From UHGV virus genome UHGV-1488776: a DNA stretch of 64,000 bases. One strand, given 5' to 3'. The stretch is from a virus. The position numbers were made by a program, and so were the translations under genes. Positions 42,007 to 54,395 of the stretch are shown here, piece by piece; within the stretch, counting starts at the first letter, position 1; each line of letters starts with the position of its first letter. The notes under the pieces were generated by a model. The model was not told the origin of the DNA and searched no databases. It saw nothing but the letters and a program-made list of their open reading frames with translations.

Positions 42007-45000
42007 TTATGCGTATTGTTGGATGACGGCCAGAACGTCCGCCACGTTGTGTTTTGTCTCGATAATCCACCAGTTACCTGGGAAGTCGCTGTTCTTCGCC
42101 TTCGCTGGCAACCAGCGAGCGCCGAATTTCGCCTTGATTGCGTCTTTCGCACGGAAAAGAACCCCTTTCATGCCGGAGGCTTCCTGAAGCCCAAATACCT
42201 CGCCAGCGGCGAATTTTGGTGCGTACATCATCTTCAGGTCGGCGGTGGATACGCGATAATTCAGACCAAGAGACTGAGCTATGCTGGTGGCATCACCCTG
42301 TATTGATGATAACTCTTCTTGTTTCTCGTTTCTGGCAGCAATTTCTTCCTCCGTGATGTTGCCAAGGGCCAGGTTTATCCGATCAGCGTCTGCCTGTTTC
42401 TCTTCATCGGTGCGCCCGGCAAGTACCGTGTTAATTCTGTGCAATATCTCCACATGATTCTTGCGCATGCTGAGCAATTCCGGCGTAACCTCGTTAAGGT
42501 CCACCAGCCCAAGGATGGCAAGGTCGGTAAACATTGATACCAGGTTGTAGGTCATGCGATAGCTGAGTTGCCCATAGGCTGATGGCAACTGCACCGCATC
42601 CATTTTATAGGCATCCATAAATTTAGAGCCGTCGTTTACGACATCCGCAATTGCCGGTGTGATTTTCCCTGTGGTGGCGGCCTCCCTGATTGCTGTTACC
42701 CACGATTGAGTCAGCGCGGCGACTGCATGATTCAGATTGGCTTTCCGTTCTGCTGCAATGCGCGCGCTTGCTGCGTCCATTGTCTGCTTGATCTCGTCTT
42801 TATTGCTGTAAATGCCAATGGTGCCAAACTGTGCTGTGGTGATCTCATAATCTGACGCCCGGAACTCATTGGTACCGAAAATGGCATTGGTGACTTCAAG
42901 TTCAGAATCCCCGTTACGAGTAGCCCCCTGGCTTGTTTTTTCCGGCATTCTGGCGATCGCATCCGCTATTTTCTCCTGAATTGCTTCAGGGGATAGCGTA
43001 TCTCCGTATGACGCGATTACATCGCCATAATTGGAGCCAAACAGTTCAACCAGGAATGTTTCTGCCGAACGGATCTGGCGGTTATTCCCTTCCGACATCA
43101 TACCAAGCACCCATTTTGCAATTGACGACTTCAGCGCGCTGTCACGGCGATCCGGGTAAACCGCATGCTTCAGTGGGTCCGTATAGGTACCAACAAAATC
43201 AATGCTATAGCCTGACTCTGTAGTCTGAACGCCGTACGAGTCAGTTATTTTGATCATGCCGCGCTGCTGGAAACGGTAGAAATCGTCACAGGAAATGATG
43301 TCGTTAATCCCGGCGATGGAGACGCCACCACTGATTTTCTGCATAACAGCATCTTCATCGGGAGTTACATCCACCTGTTTATCCAGCGTCTTCACATCCC
43401 AGTTACCCGATTTGGTGCCTTTGAAGGTAAAGATGATCTCCACGTCTGCGCGCTGGCTGTCGAAGTCCAGCGACTTAATGCGAACGATATCACCGGCATA
43501 ATCGTAGTATTGGCCTACACGCCATGAGCGATCGCCGATAACAAGGAACTCACTCGCATGGTTTACCAGGTCAGGATCAACATCCAGAATGCCTTTATTT
43601 AATGCATCCTCCACCAGCGGGCGCAGGCGTTTGATATCCGTCGCGGCCTTCTGAGTACGGTTCAATAATTTCTCATAGCGGGAGATGGCTTGAGAGATAT
43701 TAGCCTTGCGCTGAATGGCGCTTTTCAACGACGCGCGATACTGTGCTAACAACATACGGTCTGTGTGATGGACACTCCCCCAGCGTGCCTTCCAGTCTGC
43801 GTTATCCGCTGCCTTGGCCATTGCCGCCTGTTTGAATTTAGCTACCTCGGCGGTGGTCTTTTCAAGTTCCGCTTTGCTTCGCTCCAATTCAGCGGTAAGT
43901 ACCTCCACATCCTCACCAGCTGCGTGCTGCGCCTTGATGTAGTTCTGAAGGTCGATAGTAGCCTGTTCTTTCTGGCGAGCGCGTTTCGCAGCTTTCGCCT
44001 TATCCATTTGAACCTGCATCATTGCCAGACGTTCGCCGTCATCCTTCGCGGTATACATCTGCATTTCGATCATATCGTTGGCGTCGGCGTTCTCCATTTC
44101 TGACTTATCTGAACGGAGGATATCGGAGATCCAGCCTGCTTTACGCTTCAGCGTCTTCAGTCGGTATTCATCGAAAGACCCCTTGCCGCAGTAGTAGTGA
44201 ACGCGAACGCTTGCACGGTTGGAGCCAACTCGGGCACCGCGACCGTTTCGTTGCGCAATACTGGCTGGAGTCCATGGCAACGTCAGATGATGGATGTCAG
44301 TCGTTCCTCGATGCAGGTTGATACCCACCTCTGCCTTTTTGTTGCAGATGATGATCGGAGTCCGGCCCTCCTGGAAGTCGGCTGCAATCTTTTCCAGACC
44401 GCCCAACGACATTTCATTTTGCTGCGCGATATAGGCGTCATACAGAGCCATTTGCTCGTTGTATTTCGCTATCTGTGCATCTGTTGGTTCATCCGGTAAC
44501 TCTTTCGGCGGTTTAACCGCTTTCAGTTTCTTACCGGTTTTACCTGCCTCGGCAACCGTCTGAGCATTCAGTATCCCCACCTTTGAAGGTTCAAGGTTAA
44601 GAGCATTGCAGATAATGCGCTTGAGCTTCTGGTGCTGCGTTTTTTCATCGGTGAAGATGATTTGCTTACCTTCCGGGAAAAACTCCTTCAGCGTGGCAAT
44701 CAGCTTCGCGTATTTGGGCGTAACGGGGTGAGTTACGGTCTGTTCGTCAATGCCAAACCTGGCCAGGCGCTTATTCACTTCCTGCTCGAACGCTTCCGGA
44801 ACCTGCAACTGAATAAACTCGCCCTTATCTATCAGGGAGTATTGCGATTGCTGCGTGATTGAATCATCACTGTCGTCGTCTTCGCTGGTGGCTTGTTTAG
44901 GCAAACTGTCCGCCAGCTGCTGCACCGCATCGGCGTACTCCGGCAGGAAACGATAGGTGATCCGGCGATAGTACAGGTCCATGTCAGTACATACGCGGTC

Positions 45001-48000
45001 CATATCCCTGATTATTGAGAAGATCGGACGGGCTTTCTCGTGCTCAATCACGCCGTCTTCATTGACCGAGGTCGTTACGCCATTGTTGGCTTTGGCCGCC
45101 GCTTCCGCCTGCTGACGCAATTCTTCATACGCCGCCAGTTGTTCTTCAGTAAGTGGTGCATCCTGCTGGTGTTCGTCCAGCTCCGGGATCTCCACGGTAT
45201 CCTTAACGTCTTCCGCCGTTTTAAGCGTTACCCAGCGATGGAATATACCGCGCAGCGCATCAAGGTTTTCAAAGCCCACCAGCGCCATTTTTTCTTCAAC
45301 TTCACCGCTAATTTTCTGTACCGTTTCCAGCCTGGTCTTGCCGAAGAATTTAACGAAGTCATCAGGACCGTAGATCCCCATGTTCTGCCAGTACTCCTTC
45401 GGCAGAACATGAGAAAGCATGTTGTATGCATCGATCGGGGTGTTAACGACTGGCGTTGCAGTCAGGAGAACCGGCCCGCGCCCACCATTCTTTTTCATCA
45501 GGTACGCGTTTTTAATTGCCATATCTCGCGCCGATTGCGCCACCGCGCTGGTGGGCAGATAGGCCAGTTGTGACGCTTCGCGACCATTTTTATAGCTATT
45601 GCGGTAGTTGTGACCTTCGTCAGCGATCACACTATCGAAGCCCATATCCTCAAAGTACGGATACTTCTCTGCTTTTTCGGTGCCGGTATCTGAATACTCC
45701 GACAATACCCGGCGACGCGCGGCCTCTTTGCGGTGGGAGTCGGAGTCCATTGCGCTGGCTACGCGTCCGGCGGCAACGAAGTCATAAAGCATATCCTGTG
45801 CATGCTCATCTACGGTGTCATCACGTAGCGGAATGCGGGCGTATTGTTCTTTGGTAAACACGACTGCACGGTAATTTGAGTGCGGGATCGCGTTCATCCG
45901 CGCCGTGATAGTGGCTTCATCTGCCAGCTTAAGAGCATCGCGCATAACTGGAGTGCCATCAGTACCAAGAACAGGTTTACCGTTCTCATCGAGCACCTGC
46001 ACCTGGCGAATCTGATCGCCATCCATCAGCACATCAAGACCGACGAACAGGTAGTTACTGAATGCCTCTTCACTCAGGAATTCTTTTGCTTCGTAATACC
46101 AGTTTTCCAGCACTGATTTAGGCACTACATACGCAGTACGGGTGGAGCGACCGTTCTCATAGTTGAACGCCTCAAGCGCCAGCGCGGTCGTGGTTTTACC
46201 CAGCCCGGTGCCGAAGCCCAGGATGCCGCGCCCATCTTCGGACAGTCGGCGCACCTCGCTATTCTGGTAATCAAATGGCTGGCGCTTACCGCTTAATCCC
46301 TTCAACCCAAGCGGATCGCCAGAGTGTTCATACGGGATATTGCTATTGAACACATCGTTGTATTTGGCAACCAGCTCATCGTAGCGATCGTGCGTCTTGA
46401 TCCACTTATTGAACTGGTCCTCAAGCAGTGCCATCTGCTCGCGGTAGCCGTTCGCCGTCGCGCTATCTTTGCCACCGATACGCGCACCATTGAGATACTT
46501 TTCCAGCTGTGCCGGGAACCCGGTCGCGTTTTCACCTGATTTACGGTCCCACTCGTAGCGAATCTCACCTGTTTCTTTATCCTTGCGCTGGACGACACCG
46601 TATCGGTGCCCGACGAACAGACCATCACCACCGTGATAGGTGTCAGAAACCATTTCGTCGCCTTCCAGCTGCACTGACTGCACATAGCGCAGATCCGGAT
46701 AGCCGTTTTCCTGCAAAAATTCCAGAATGACGGAACGGTCGAACCAACGGCTATTGAGCTTAAACCGGATATTCTCTGCTGGCGTCTTGATGCGCTTCTC
46801 TTCGATAGCTGCCAGCTGATTAAGGACGTTGTTCTTTACTGGACCGTCGGGGAGTGTGGCAAGGAATTCCTGTTTTGGTGCCACTATCTCGTTAATGTCG
46901 CCGCTGGTGGCGCGGGCGAACGGAAAAATCCCGCCATACGGTGAAACCGCAATGCCAGGGGTGCTGGCCAATAAATTAAGCAACTCGTCATCACTGGCTG
47001 GCAGTTCGCCGGTAAACGCAAGGCGGAAATCATCGAGCTGGATTGGATCGCGAGTGAGATCACTGTAGAGATAACGCAGGGTGTCCTGATAGCTGGTGGA
47101 GTCATAACTGGCGCTGGAATCATGCGTAACCAGTTTTCCTGTCAGCTCGTCAGAAATAGTGCCATCCAGCTTAATTGCACCACGGAAAGCAAACCAGGCG
47201 CGCGCACCGCTCCCCGATAATTTCGCTATCGGACCGCGACCGGGGTTACCAAAACGGTCAATCTCTGCCTGCAAACGGGATACCAGAGAAAGGCGCTGCT
47301 GTTCGATTTGTTCAGCACTATGCCCGGCGGCCTTCATGTCCTGATATTCAATTAACATCCGGCCAATCATCGCCCCGCGATACAAGCGTTCACGGTATTT
47401 TTCAGGCTGGCTGTTAATCCAGTCCACCAGCTGCACCATATCGTCGCTGATTGATGTGGTGTATTTATCGCGGACATTTGCCATCTGGGTAAATGTCATA
47501 CCGAGACGGCCTTCTGTTGTAGTCAGGTTACGCTGAAGAGCCTCCCAGCTGTCCGCGCCATAACTGGCAACATCAATCTTCAGCTCCTTCCCTGCATCAG
47601 ATTCAATCCAGCGACCACCAGCATATTTTTGCCATACGCCATTAATCAGGCGCATTTCCCCTTCATCAACAACGTCTGCGGTCGGTGACGGTTCAGCCAT
47701 ATTGAGCAAAGACCAGTCGATACGACTTTCGAAACGATGAATCAGCTTCGCTTTAAGAGCCTGGTTATCAATCTGCCCGTCGGCACGAACCTCAATACGC
47801 CCCTGGAATCCCTTCTCCTGGGTGCCATGAACAAACCGGCGACCGTCCTTTTCAAACCACTTGCCAGAAATAAACGTTGGCCAAAGCACATTTGCCGATT
47901 CGAGAGTGCTTTCATCCACCAGGGGGATTTTCTCAGCCATCTCTGCCGGATGTTTGCGCATCAGCACCACATCTACGACCGTACTGGTCCCGTTAGCGTC

Positions 48001-48774
48001 AAAAGTACCGGTAGGCAAGCGGTGGGCACCAAGAAATTCAGCTTTCCGTGATAGGCGCAGGCGTAACCGCTTCATGTTTGAACCTGAAACAATGGACGGC
48101 GGCACAATCACGCACATGAATCCGCCTGGCTTTATCTTGTCCAGCATGCGGAGCATGAAGTAAGAACCCATGTCCGTTTCTTCTGCGTAAGGCTTATCGA
48201 TGTTGCGTGTGTTATCACGACCACCGAACGGAACGTTACCCACAACATGGTCGAATGAATCGTTAGGCGTGCTTACAGCCAGTTGTTCGAACGGAGAAAT
48301 CTGTACGCTGTCTTCCGGGTGCAACAGCTGGTTTATACGACCGGAAACACTGCTGATCTCAGTCGCGGTCATCACCGTACCAACCGGTTTTGTCTCATTA
48401 AAAACGCCGGTTCCCGCCGATGGTTCCAGAGTGTTACCTACGTCCGCGCCGTAGAGCTTCATGATCTCCCAGACACCTTCAGCGATCGGCTTTGGTGTGT
48501 AATATTCGGAGACGGACCCGCCAATGCCGCCTTCGCCGGTGTACCCAGCCAGGATCTGGCGCTGTTCATCTGTCAGTGTCGCGCCGTCCACCAGCGAATT
48601 AAGCAAATCTATCGCCTTCTGATTCGCCTCCCGGCGTAGTCGGTCATAGCTTTTGCCTTCCACCTTTTCCACGCCGTATCTAATCGGCGCTCGGTGAGAT
48701 GTTATTGCCCTAATGTATTTCAATATTTCGCTGACACTTGAACAGCGAAACACCCCCATAGATAGCTTGTTCAT
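42007..48774 (-). CDS. darB: DarB-like methyltransferase-helicase (defence against restriction)
   Basis: 2255 aa; N-terminal N6-MTase motifs (EPSAGTGVF, GNVPFGG); SF2 helicase motifs GFGTGLGKTTTA and VIADEGHNYRN; length matches P1 DarB as I recall. Confidence 0.85.
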   Translation of the reverse strand: MNKLSMGVFRCSSVSEILKYIRAITSHRAPIRYGVEKVEGKSYDRLRREANQKAIDLLNSLVDGATLTDEQRQILAGYTGEGGIGGSVSEYYTPKPIAEGVWEIMKLYGADVGNTLEPSAGTGVFNETKPVGTVMTATEISSVSGRINQLLHPEDSVQISPFEQLAVSTPNDSFDHVVGNVPFGGRDNTRNIDKPYAEETDMGSYFMLRMLDKIKPGGFMCVIVPPSIVSGSNMKRLRLRLSRKAEFLGAHRLPTGTFDANGTSTVVDVVLMRKHPAEMAEKIPLVDESTLESANVLWPTFISGKWFEKDGRRFVHGTQEKGFQGRIEVRADGQIDNQALKAKLIHRFESRIDWSLLNMAEPSPTADVVDEGEMRLINGVWQKYAGGRWIESDAGKELKIDVASYGADSWEALQRNLTTTEGRLGMTFTQMANVRDKYTTSISDDMVQLVDWINSQPEKYRERLYRGAMIGRMLIEYQDMKAAGHSAEQIEQQRLSLVSRLQAEIDRFGNPGRGPIAKLSGSGARAWFAFRGAIKLDGTISDELTGKLVTHDSSASYDSTSYQDTLRYLYSDLTRDPIQLDDFRLAFTGELPASDDELLNLLASTPGIAVSPYGGIFPFARATSGDINEIVAPKQEFLATLPDGPVKNNVLNQLAAIEEKRIKTPAENIRFKLNSRWFDRSVILEFLQENGYPDLRYVQSVQLEGDEMVSDTYHGGDGLFVGHRYGVVQRKDKETGEIRYEWDRKSGENATGFPAQLEKYLNGARIGGKDSATANGYREQMALLEDQFNKWIKTHDRYDELVAKYNDVFNSNIPYEHSGDPLGLKGLSGKRQPFDYQNSEVRRLSEDGRGILGFGTGLGKTTTALALEAFNYENGRSTRTAYVVPKSVLENWYYEAKEFLSEEAFSNYLFVGLDVLMDGDQIRQVQVLDENGKPVLGTDGTPVMRDALKLADEATITARMNAIPHSNYRAVVFTKEQYARIPLRDDTVDEHAQDMLYDFVAAGRVASAMDSDSHRKEAARRRVLSEYSDTGTEKAEKYPYFEDMGFDSVIADEGHNYRNSYKNGREASQLAYLPTSAVAQSARDMAIKNAYLMKKNGGRGPVLLTATPVVNTPIDAYNMLSHVLPKEYWQNMGIYGPDDFVKFFGKTRLETVQKISGEVEEKMALVGFENLDALRGIFHRWVTLKTAEDVKDTVEIPELDEHQQDAPLTEEQLAAYEELRQQAEAAAKANNGVTTSVNEDGVIEHEKARPIFSIIRDMDRVCTDMDLYYRRITYRFLPEYADAVQQLADSLPKQATSEDDDSDDSITQQSQYSLIDKGEFIQLQVPEAFEQEVNKRLARFGIDEQTVTHPVTPKYAKLIATLKEFFPEGKQIIFTDEKTQHQKLKRIICNALNLEPSKVGILNAQTVAEAGKTGKKLKAVKPPKELPDEPTDAQIAKYNEQMALYDAYIAQQNEMSLGGLEKIAADFQEGRTPIIICNKKAEVGINLHRGTTDIHHLTLPWTPASIAQRNGRGARVGSNRASVRVHYYCGKGSFDEYRLKTLKRKAGWISDILRSDKSEMENADANDMIEMQMYTAKDDGERLAMMQVQMDKAKAAKRARQKEQATIDLQNYIKAQHAAGEDVEVLTAELERSKAELEKTTAEVAKFKQAAMAKAADNADWKARWGSVHHTDRMLLAQYRASLKSAIQRKANISQAISRYEKLLNRTQKAATDIKRLRPLVEDALNKGILDVDPDLVNHASEFLVIGDRSWRVGQYYDYAGDIVRIKSLDFDSQRADVEIIFTFKGTKSGNWDVKTLDKQVDVTPDEDAVMQKISGGVSIAGINDIISCDDFYRFQQRGMIKITDSYGVQTTESGYSIDFVGTYTDPLKHAVYPDRRDSALKSSIAKWVLGMMSEGNNRQIRSAETFLVELFGSNYGDVIASYGDTLSPEAIQEKIADAIARMPEKTSQGATRNGDSELEVTNAIFGTNEFRASDYEITTAQFGTIGIYSNKDEIKQTMDAASARIAAERKANLNHAVAALTQSWVTAIREAATTGKITPAIADVVNDGSKFMDAYKMDAVQLPSAYGQLSYRMTYNLVSMFTDLAILGLVDLNEVTPELLSMRKNHVEILHRINTVLAGRTDEEKQADADRINLALGNITEEEIAARNEKQEELSSIQGDATSIAQSLGLNYRVSTADLKMMYAPKFAAGEVFGLQEASGMKGVLFRAKDAIKAKFGARWLPAKAKNSDFPGNWWIIETKHNVADVLAVIQQYA

Positions 48775-48840
48775 TGGTAATCCTTAACAAGTGACTAGTG
48801 TTAAATTCCGTTCAAACACGATGCGAATTATTCTAATTAA

Positions 48841-51571
<2,731 letters not shown>

Positions 51572-51584
51572 CCACCAAAAATAA

Positions 51585-51602
51585 CCCCGGCAGCTGCCGG
51601 GG
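51585..51602. terminator. palindromic GC hairpin (bidirectional terminator-like)
   Basis: CCCCGGCAG/CTGCCGGGG perfect palindrome after pro stop. Confidence 0.5.
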
Positions 51603-51615
51603 TTCTCGTTAACTA

Positions 51616-51870
51616 TTATCGCCTTCGTGCCATATATTTGCGCACCGCGCGGCGTGGACAATCTGAAGCGGTTTCTTTCTGCTGCATCAATCTCGCAGCC
51701 ATGCTCAAAAATGTCAGGCACAGCCGAAGCCCGGCATACAATAGCGGTTCCAGTGGCCACGTCTCATTGAGCACATATACCGCCATGAAAATCGAGTCAA
51801 AAACTATCGCCGCCAGCGATAACTTCATTGTCGAAAGTCGGCGGAGCTGCCGGAGTTTATTCATTGACAA
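51616..51870 (-). CDS. small membrane protein downstream of lyz (possible lysis accessory)
   Basis: 84 aa with TM segment LSLAAIVFDSIFMAVYVL; overlaps lyz 3' end by 14 nt. Confidence 0.35.
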   Translation of the reverse strand: MSMNKLRQLRRLSTMKLSLAAIVFDSIFMAVYVLNETWPLEPLLYAGLRLCLTFLSMAARLMQQKETASDCPRRAVRKYMARRR

Positions 51871-52459
51871 GCCCCGTCAGGCAAAGCTGGCGTTCTTTTT
51901 CACGGCGAATCTTTAAACCTCGCAGGGGCACGCCGTTACTGTTCACGAAATCAGGGAGATGGTTACACATATTCACCCATTCCCCTTTCTGCGCCCACTT
52001 GTGGATGGACGTTTCTACTCGCATGCCTCGCGCTTTGCTGTAGTAGGTCCGTAAGCTATTGCATCCCATATTGAATGCCGCGCTTGTCATTGCACTGAAG
52101 GCATTATCGGGCATGTCTTTGCCCCGGAAGTGCTGATTAATACAGCGTTCAGCGATCAGGATATTCTTTTCCCAATCAGCGGCGATTTGCTGGTCGGTTT
52201 TTCGCACGCCTGGCGTTACCCCGTGTGTATTACCAATCCCGTCAGTCCATACACCCGCCGGGCACATGTATGGGTCACGTCGGCAACCTTCAGCGTTTCC
52301 GATAAGCTCAAGCCCCGCCTGGTTGGTTCGCACATTGCCATTACCCATCACGATGGTAATCATCACCGCGATAGCGCAAATTGCACCGCCTCCTGCGGCT
52401 GTTTTTCCCTTCATAAAGACCTCATAAGCGAATTTTTTACGCTCCAGGACAACACCCAT
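51857..52459 (-). CDS. lyz: SAR endolysin (T4-lysozyme family)
   Basis: N-terminal SAR-like hydrophobic stretch AICAIAVMITIVMG; catalytic region ELIGNAEGCRRDPYMCPAGVWTDGIGNTHG. Confidence 0.85.
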   Translation of the reverse strand: MGVVLERKKFAYEVFMKGKTAAGGGAICAIAVMITIVMGNGNVRTNQAGLELIGNAEGCRRDPYMCPAGVWTDGIGNTHGVTPGVRKTDQQIAADWEKNILIAERCINQHFRGKDMPDNAFSAMTSAAFNMGCNSLRTYYSKARGMRVETSIHKWAQKGEWVNMCNHLPDFVNSNGVPLRGLKIRREKERQLCLTGLVNE

Positions 52460-52546
52460 TCACAGCCAATACCGACTGACTCGATCCCTTTAGAAGGCAC
52501 AGGATAATGCAAATCACTTGTTAGCTACGTTTCAAAGATATACATT

Positions 52547-52563
52547 ATTGCTCTAATTAATTT
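52547..52563. promoter_or_regulatory. C1 operator (16/17) upstream of ssb
   Basis: ATTGCTCTAATTAATTT. Confidence 0.6.
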
Positions 52564-52582
52564 ATTTTATTAGGTAAGATAA

Positions 52583-53071
52583 GTGGCACAACGCGGTGTA
52601 AACAAAGTCATCCTGATTGGTACCCTGGGGCAAGACCCGGAGATCAGGTATATACCAAATGGCGGAGCGGTCGGAAGATTCAGCATCGCAACGAATGAAT
52701 CATGGCGCGACAAGCAAACGGGCCAACAGAAAGAGCAAACAGAATGGCATAAAGTCGTTTTGTTCGGAAAACTTGCTGAAATTGCGAGTGAGTATTTACG
52801 AAAAGGTTCTCAGGTCTACATCGAAGGGAAACTTAAAACCCGTAAGTGGACAGATGACGCCGGTGTAGAACGTTACACGACGGAAATTATCGTCAGCCAG
52901 GGCGGCACCATGCAAATGATCGGCGCTCGCCGTGACGATTCACAGTCCTCAAATGGCTGGGGGCAATCAAACCAACCTCAAAACCACCAGCAATACAGTG
53001 GTGGCGGTAAACCTCAGAGCAACGCCAATAACGAACCTCCAATGGACTTTGACGACGATATTCCGTTTTGA
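52583..53071 (+). CDS. ssb: single-stranded DNA-binding protein
   Basis: 162 aa; OB-fold N-terminus; Gly/Gln-rich linker; acidic tail DFDDDIPF. Confidence 0.92.
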   Translation: MAQRGVNKVILIGTLGQDPEIRYIPNGGAVGRFSIATNESWRDKQTGQQKEQTEWHKVVLFGKLAEIASEYLRKGSQVYIEGKLKTRKWTDDAGVERYTTEIIVSQGGTMQMIGARRDDSQSSNGWGQSNQPQNHQQYSGGGKPQSNANNEPPMDFDDDIPF

Positions 53072-53268
53072 ATGTGTAAAAAACGACTGAAAGAAAAGCG
53101 GTGGTCCAGACGCCAACAAAAGCACGAACTCGCTAAAAAACGCCAAAGTTGGCAATGGCACGCGTTTTTAACGAACAGAACACCACGAGATATTGCTTTC
53201 GCTGGTGGGAAAACATTCCTAACCCACCTGAAGACGCAATACATCAGTTTTTAAGCAGAGAAAAGACT

Positions 53269-54057
53269 ATGACAGCACAAAAAACTAAAACCATTCAATA
53301 CCGCCTACGTAATGGCCAGAGTGTCGAAGTGACCATCAATAATGATGGAGTACCTGGCGAAAAAGTTTCTATCTCTGATCTGGCTATCGAAAAAACCATC
53401 ATGTGCCACCTTGGCTTTACTGAAGAAGTGAGCAAAAAGCATGGTGTAGCAATCTGGAGCGCAATGGATACTGGTATGCGCAAATTCATTACTGCTCGTA
53501 CCCCAGGGATGACCATGATGGACCTCATGCAGATTGCGCCGCTGTTTGAATGTGAGCCTTTAGATGTATTCAGCAATCCAGCTATCTGCCAGCAGTTATA
53601 TGGTGAGATGAAACTCGCGGTTACCCCCATTGTGCTGCATGAAGGATCGCTTGCTGGCGTGTGGAAAGTAGAGCGTATTTCAAGCTACATGCCTTTCCAT
53701 GTCAACGGCGTAATCACTGGTGAAAATCAACCTGTTTCCGTTATAAAGTCAGACCTCAAGCGCGCAATTCTTGAAGCAAGTTGTCGAGTTGTCGGGCTGG
53801 GCAAACAGTCTTATGTTTCCTTCCCGGCTGGCCCTGAAGGCCCGGCAGAAATTCTGATTATGGATGCCGATCTGCTCTGGCAAATACAGTTTCTGATTGG
53901 CAAAAGCATCATCCGCGCTGAAGAACTCGATCAGTACATTACCTGCACGATGACGGATGAAGTCAAAAGTGTGGCTATAGCCAATGCCCGGAACCTATGT
54001 CGTGCTGCATTAACAGAACTGCAAGAAAACACCACGGAAGAAGTGGAAAGCGATTAA
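53269..54057 (+). CDS. hypothetical protein
   Basis: ORF open from 53149; MTAQKTKTIQ start at 53269 more likely. Confidence 0.45.
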   Translation: MTAQKTKTIQYRLRNGQSVEVTINNDGVPGEKVSISDLAIEKTIMCHLGFTEEVSKKHGVAIWSAMDTGMRKFITARTPGMTMMDLMQIAPLFECEPLDVFSNPAICQQLYGEMKLAVTPIVLHEGSLAGVWKVERISSYMPFHVNGVITGENQPVSVIKSDLKRAILEASCRVVGLGKQSYVSFPAGPEGPAEILIMDADLLWQIQFLIGKSIIRAEELDQYITCTMTDEVKSVAIANARNLCRAALTELQENTTEEVESD

Positions 54058-54062
54058 AAAAA

Positions 54063-54088
54063 ATCCCGCCGATTGGCGGGATTTCTTC
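54063..54088. terminator. bidirectional rho-independent terminator
   Basis: ATCCCGCC-gatt-GGCGGGAT flanked by A8 and TTTCTTC. Confidence 0.65.
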
Positions 54089-54395
54089 AATATACGATCT
54101 GGTCTACATGATCACCAAAATCATCGTCGTCGTCCTCATCGCCACCATCTACTGCTGGCCAATCAACAAACCAGCCAGCGTAAAGATGCAGCGTTCGGAG
54201 AACATCACTTGCGGGAGCATCAAGGGTGTTAACGAATCCCATATAGCTATTGGGATTTGCTCCAGCTATGGCTTCAGCGATCATGTCCTCGGTAATGTCA
54301 CCGGAGATAATGCTTAAACGCCCGGAAACTTCTTCATTATCATCAAATTCGATAATGGCATCTCCGCCTAATGGCGCTGCGATTTTAATCTGCAT
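54087..54395 (-). CDS. acidic hypothetical protein, last gene of dar operon
   Basis: 102 aa, C-terminal DGGDEDDDDDFGD; overlaps upstream gene end. Confidence 0.45.
   Translation of the reverse strand: MQIKIAAPLGGDAIIEFDDNEEVSGRLSIISGDITEDMIAEAIAGANPNSYMGFVNTLDAPASDVLRTLHLYAGWFVDWPAVDGGDEDDDDDFGDHVDQIVY

Noticed and set aside
42007-48774. Numerous plus-strand ORFs of 60-180 aa inside darB (for example 45040-45573)
   Set aside because: All lie antisense within one uninterrupted 2255-aa frame with clear MTase and helicase motifs.
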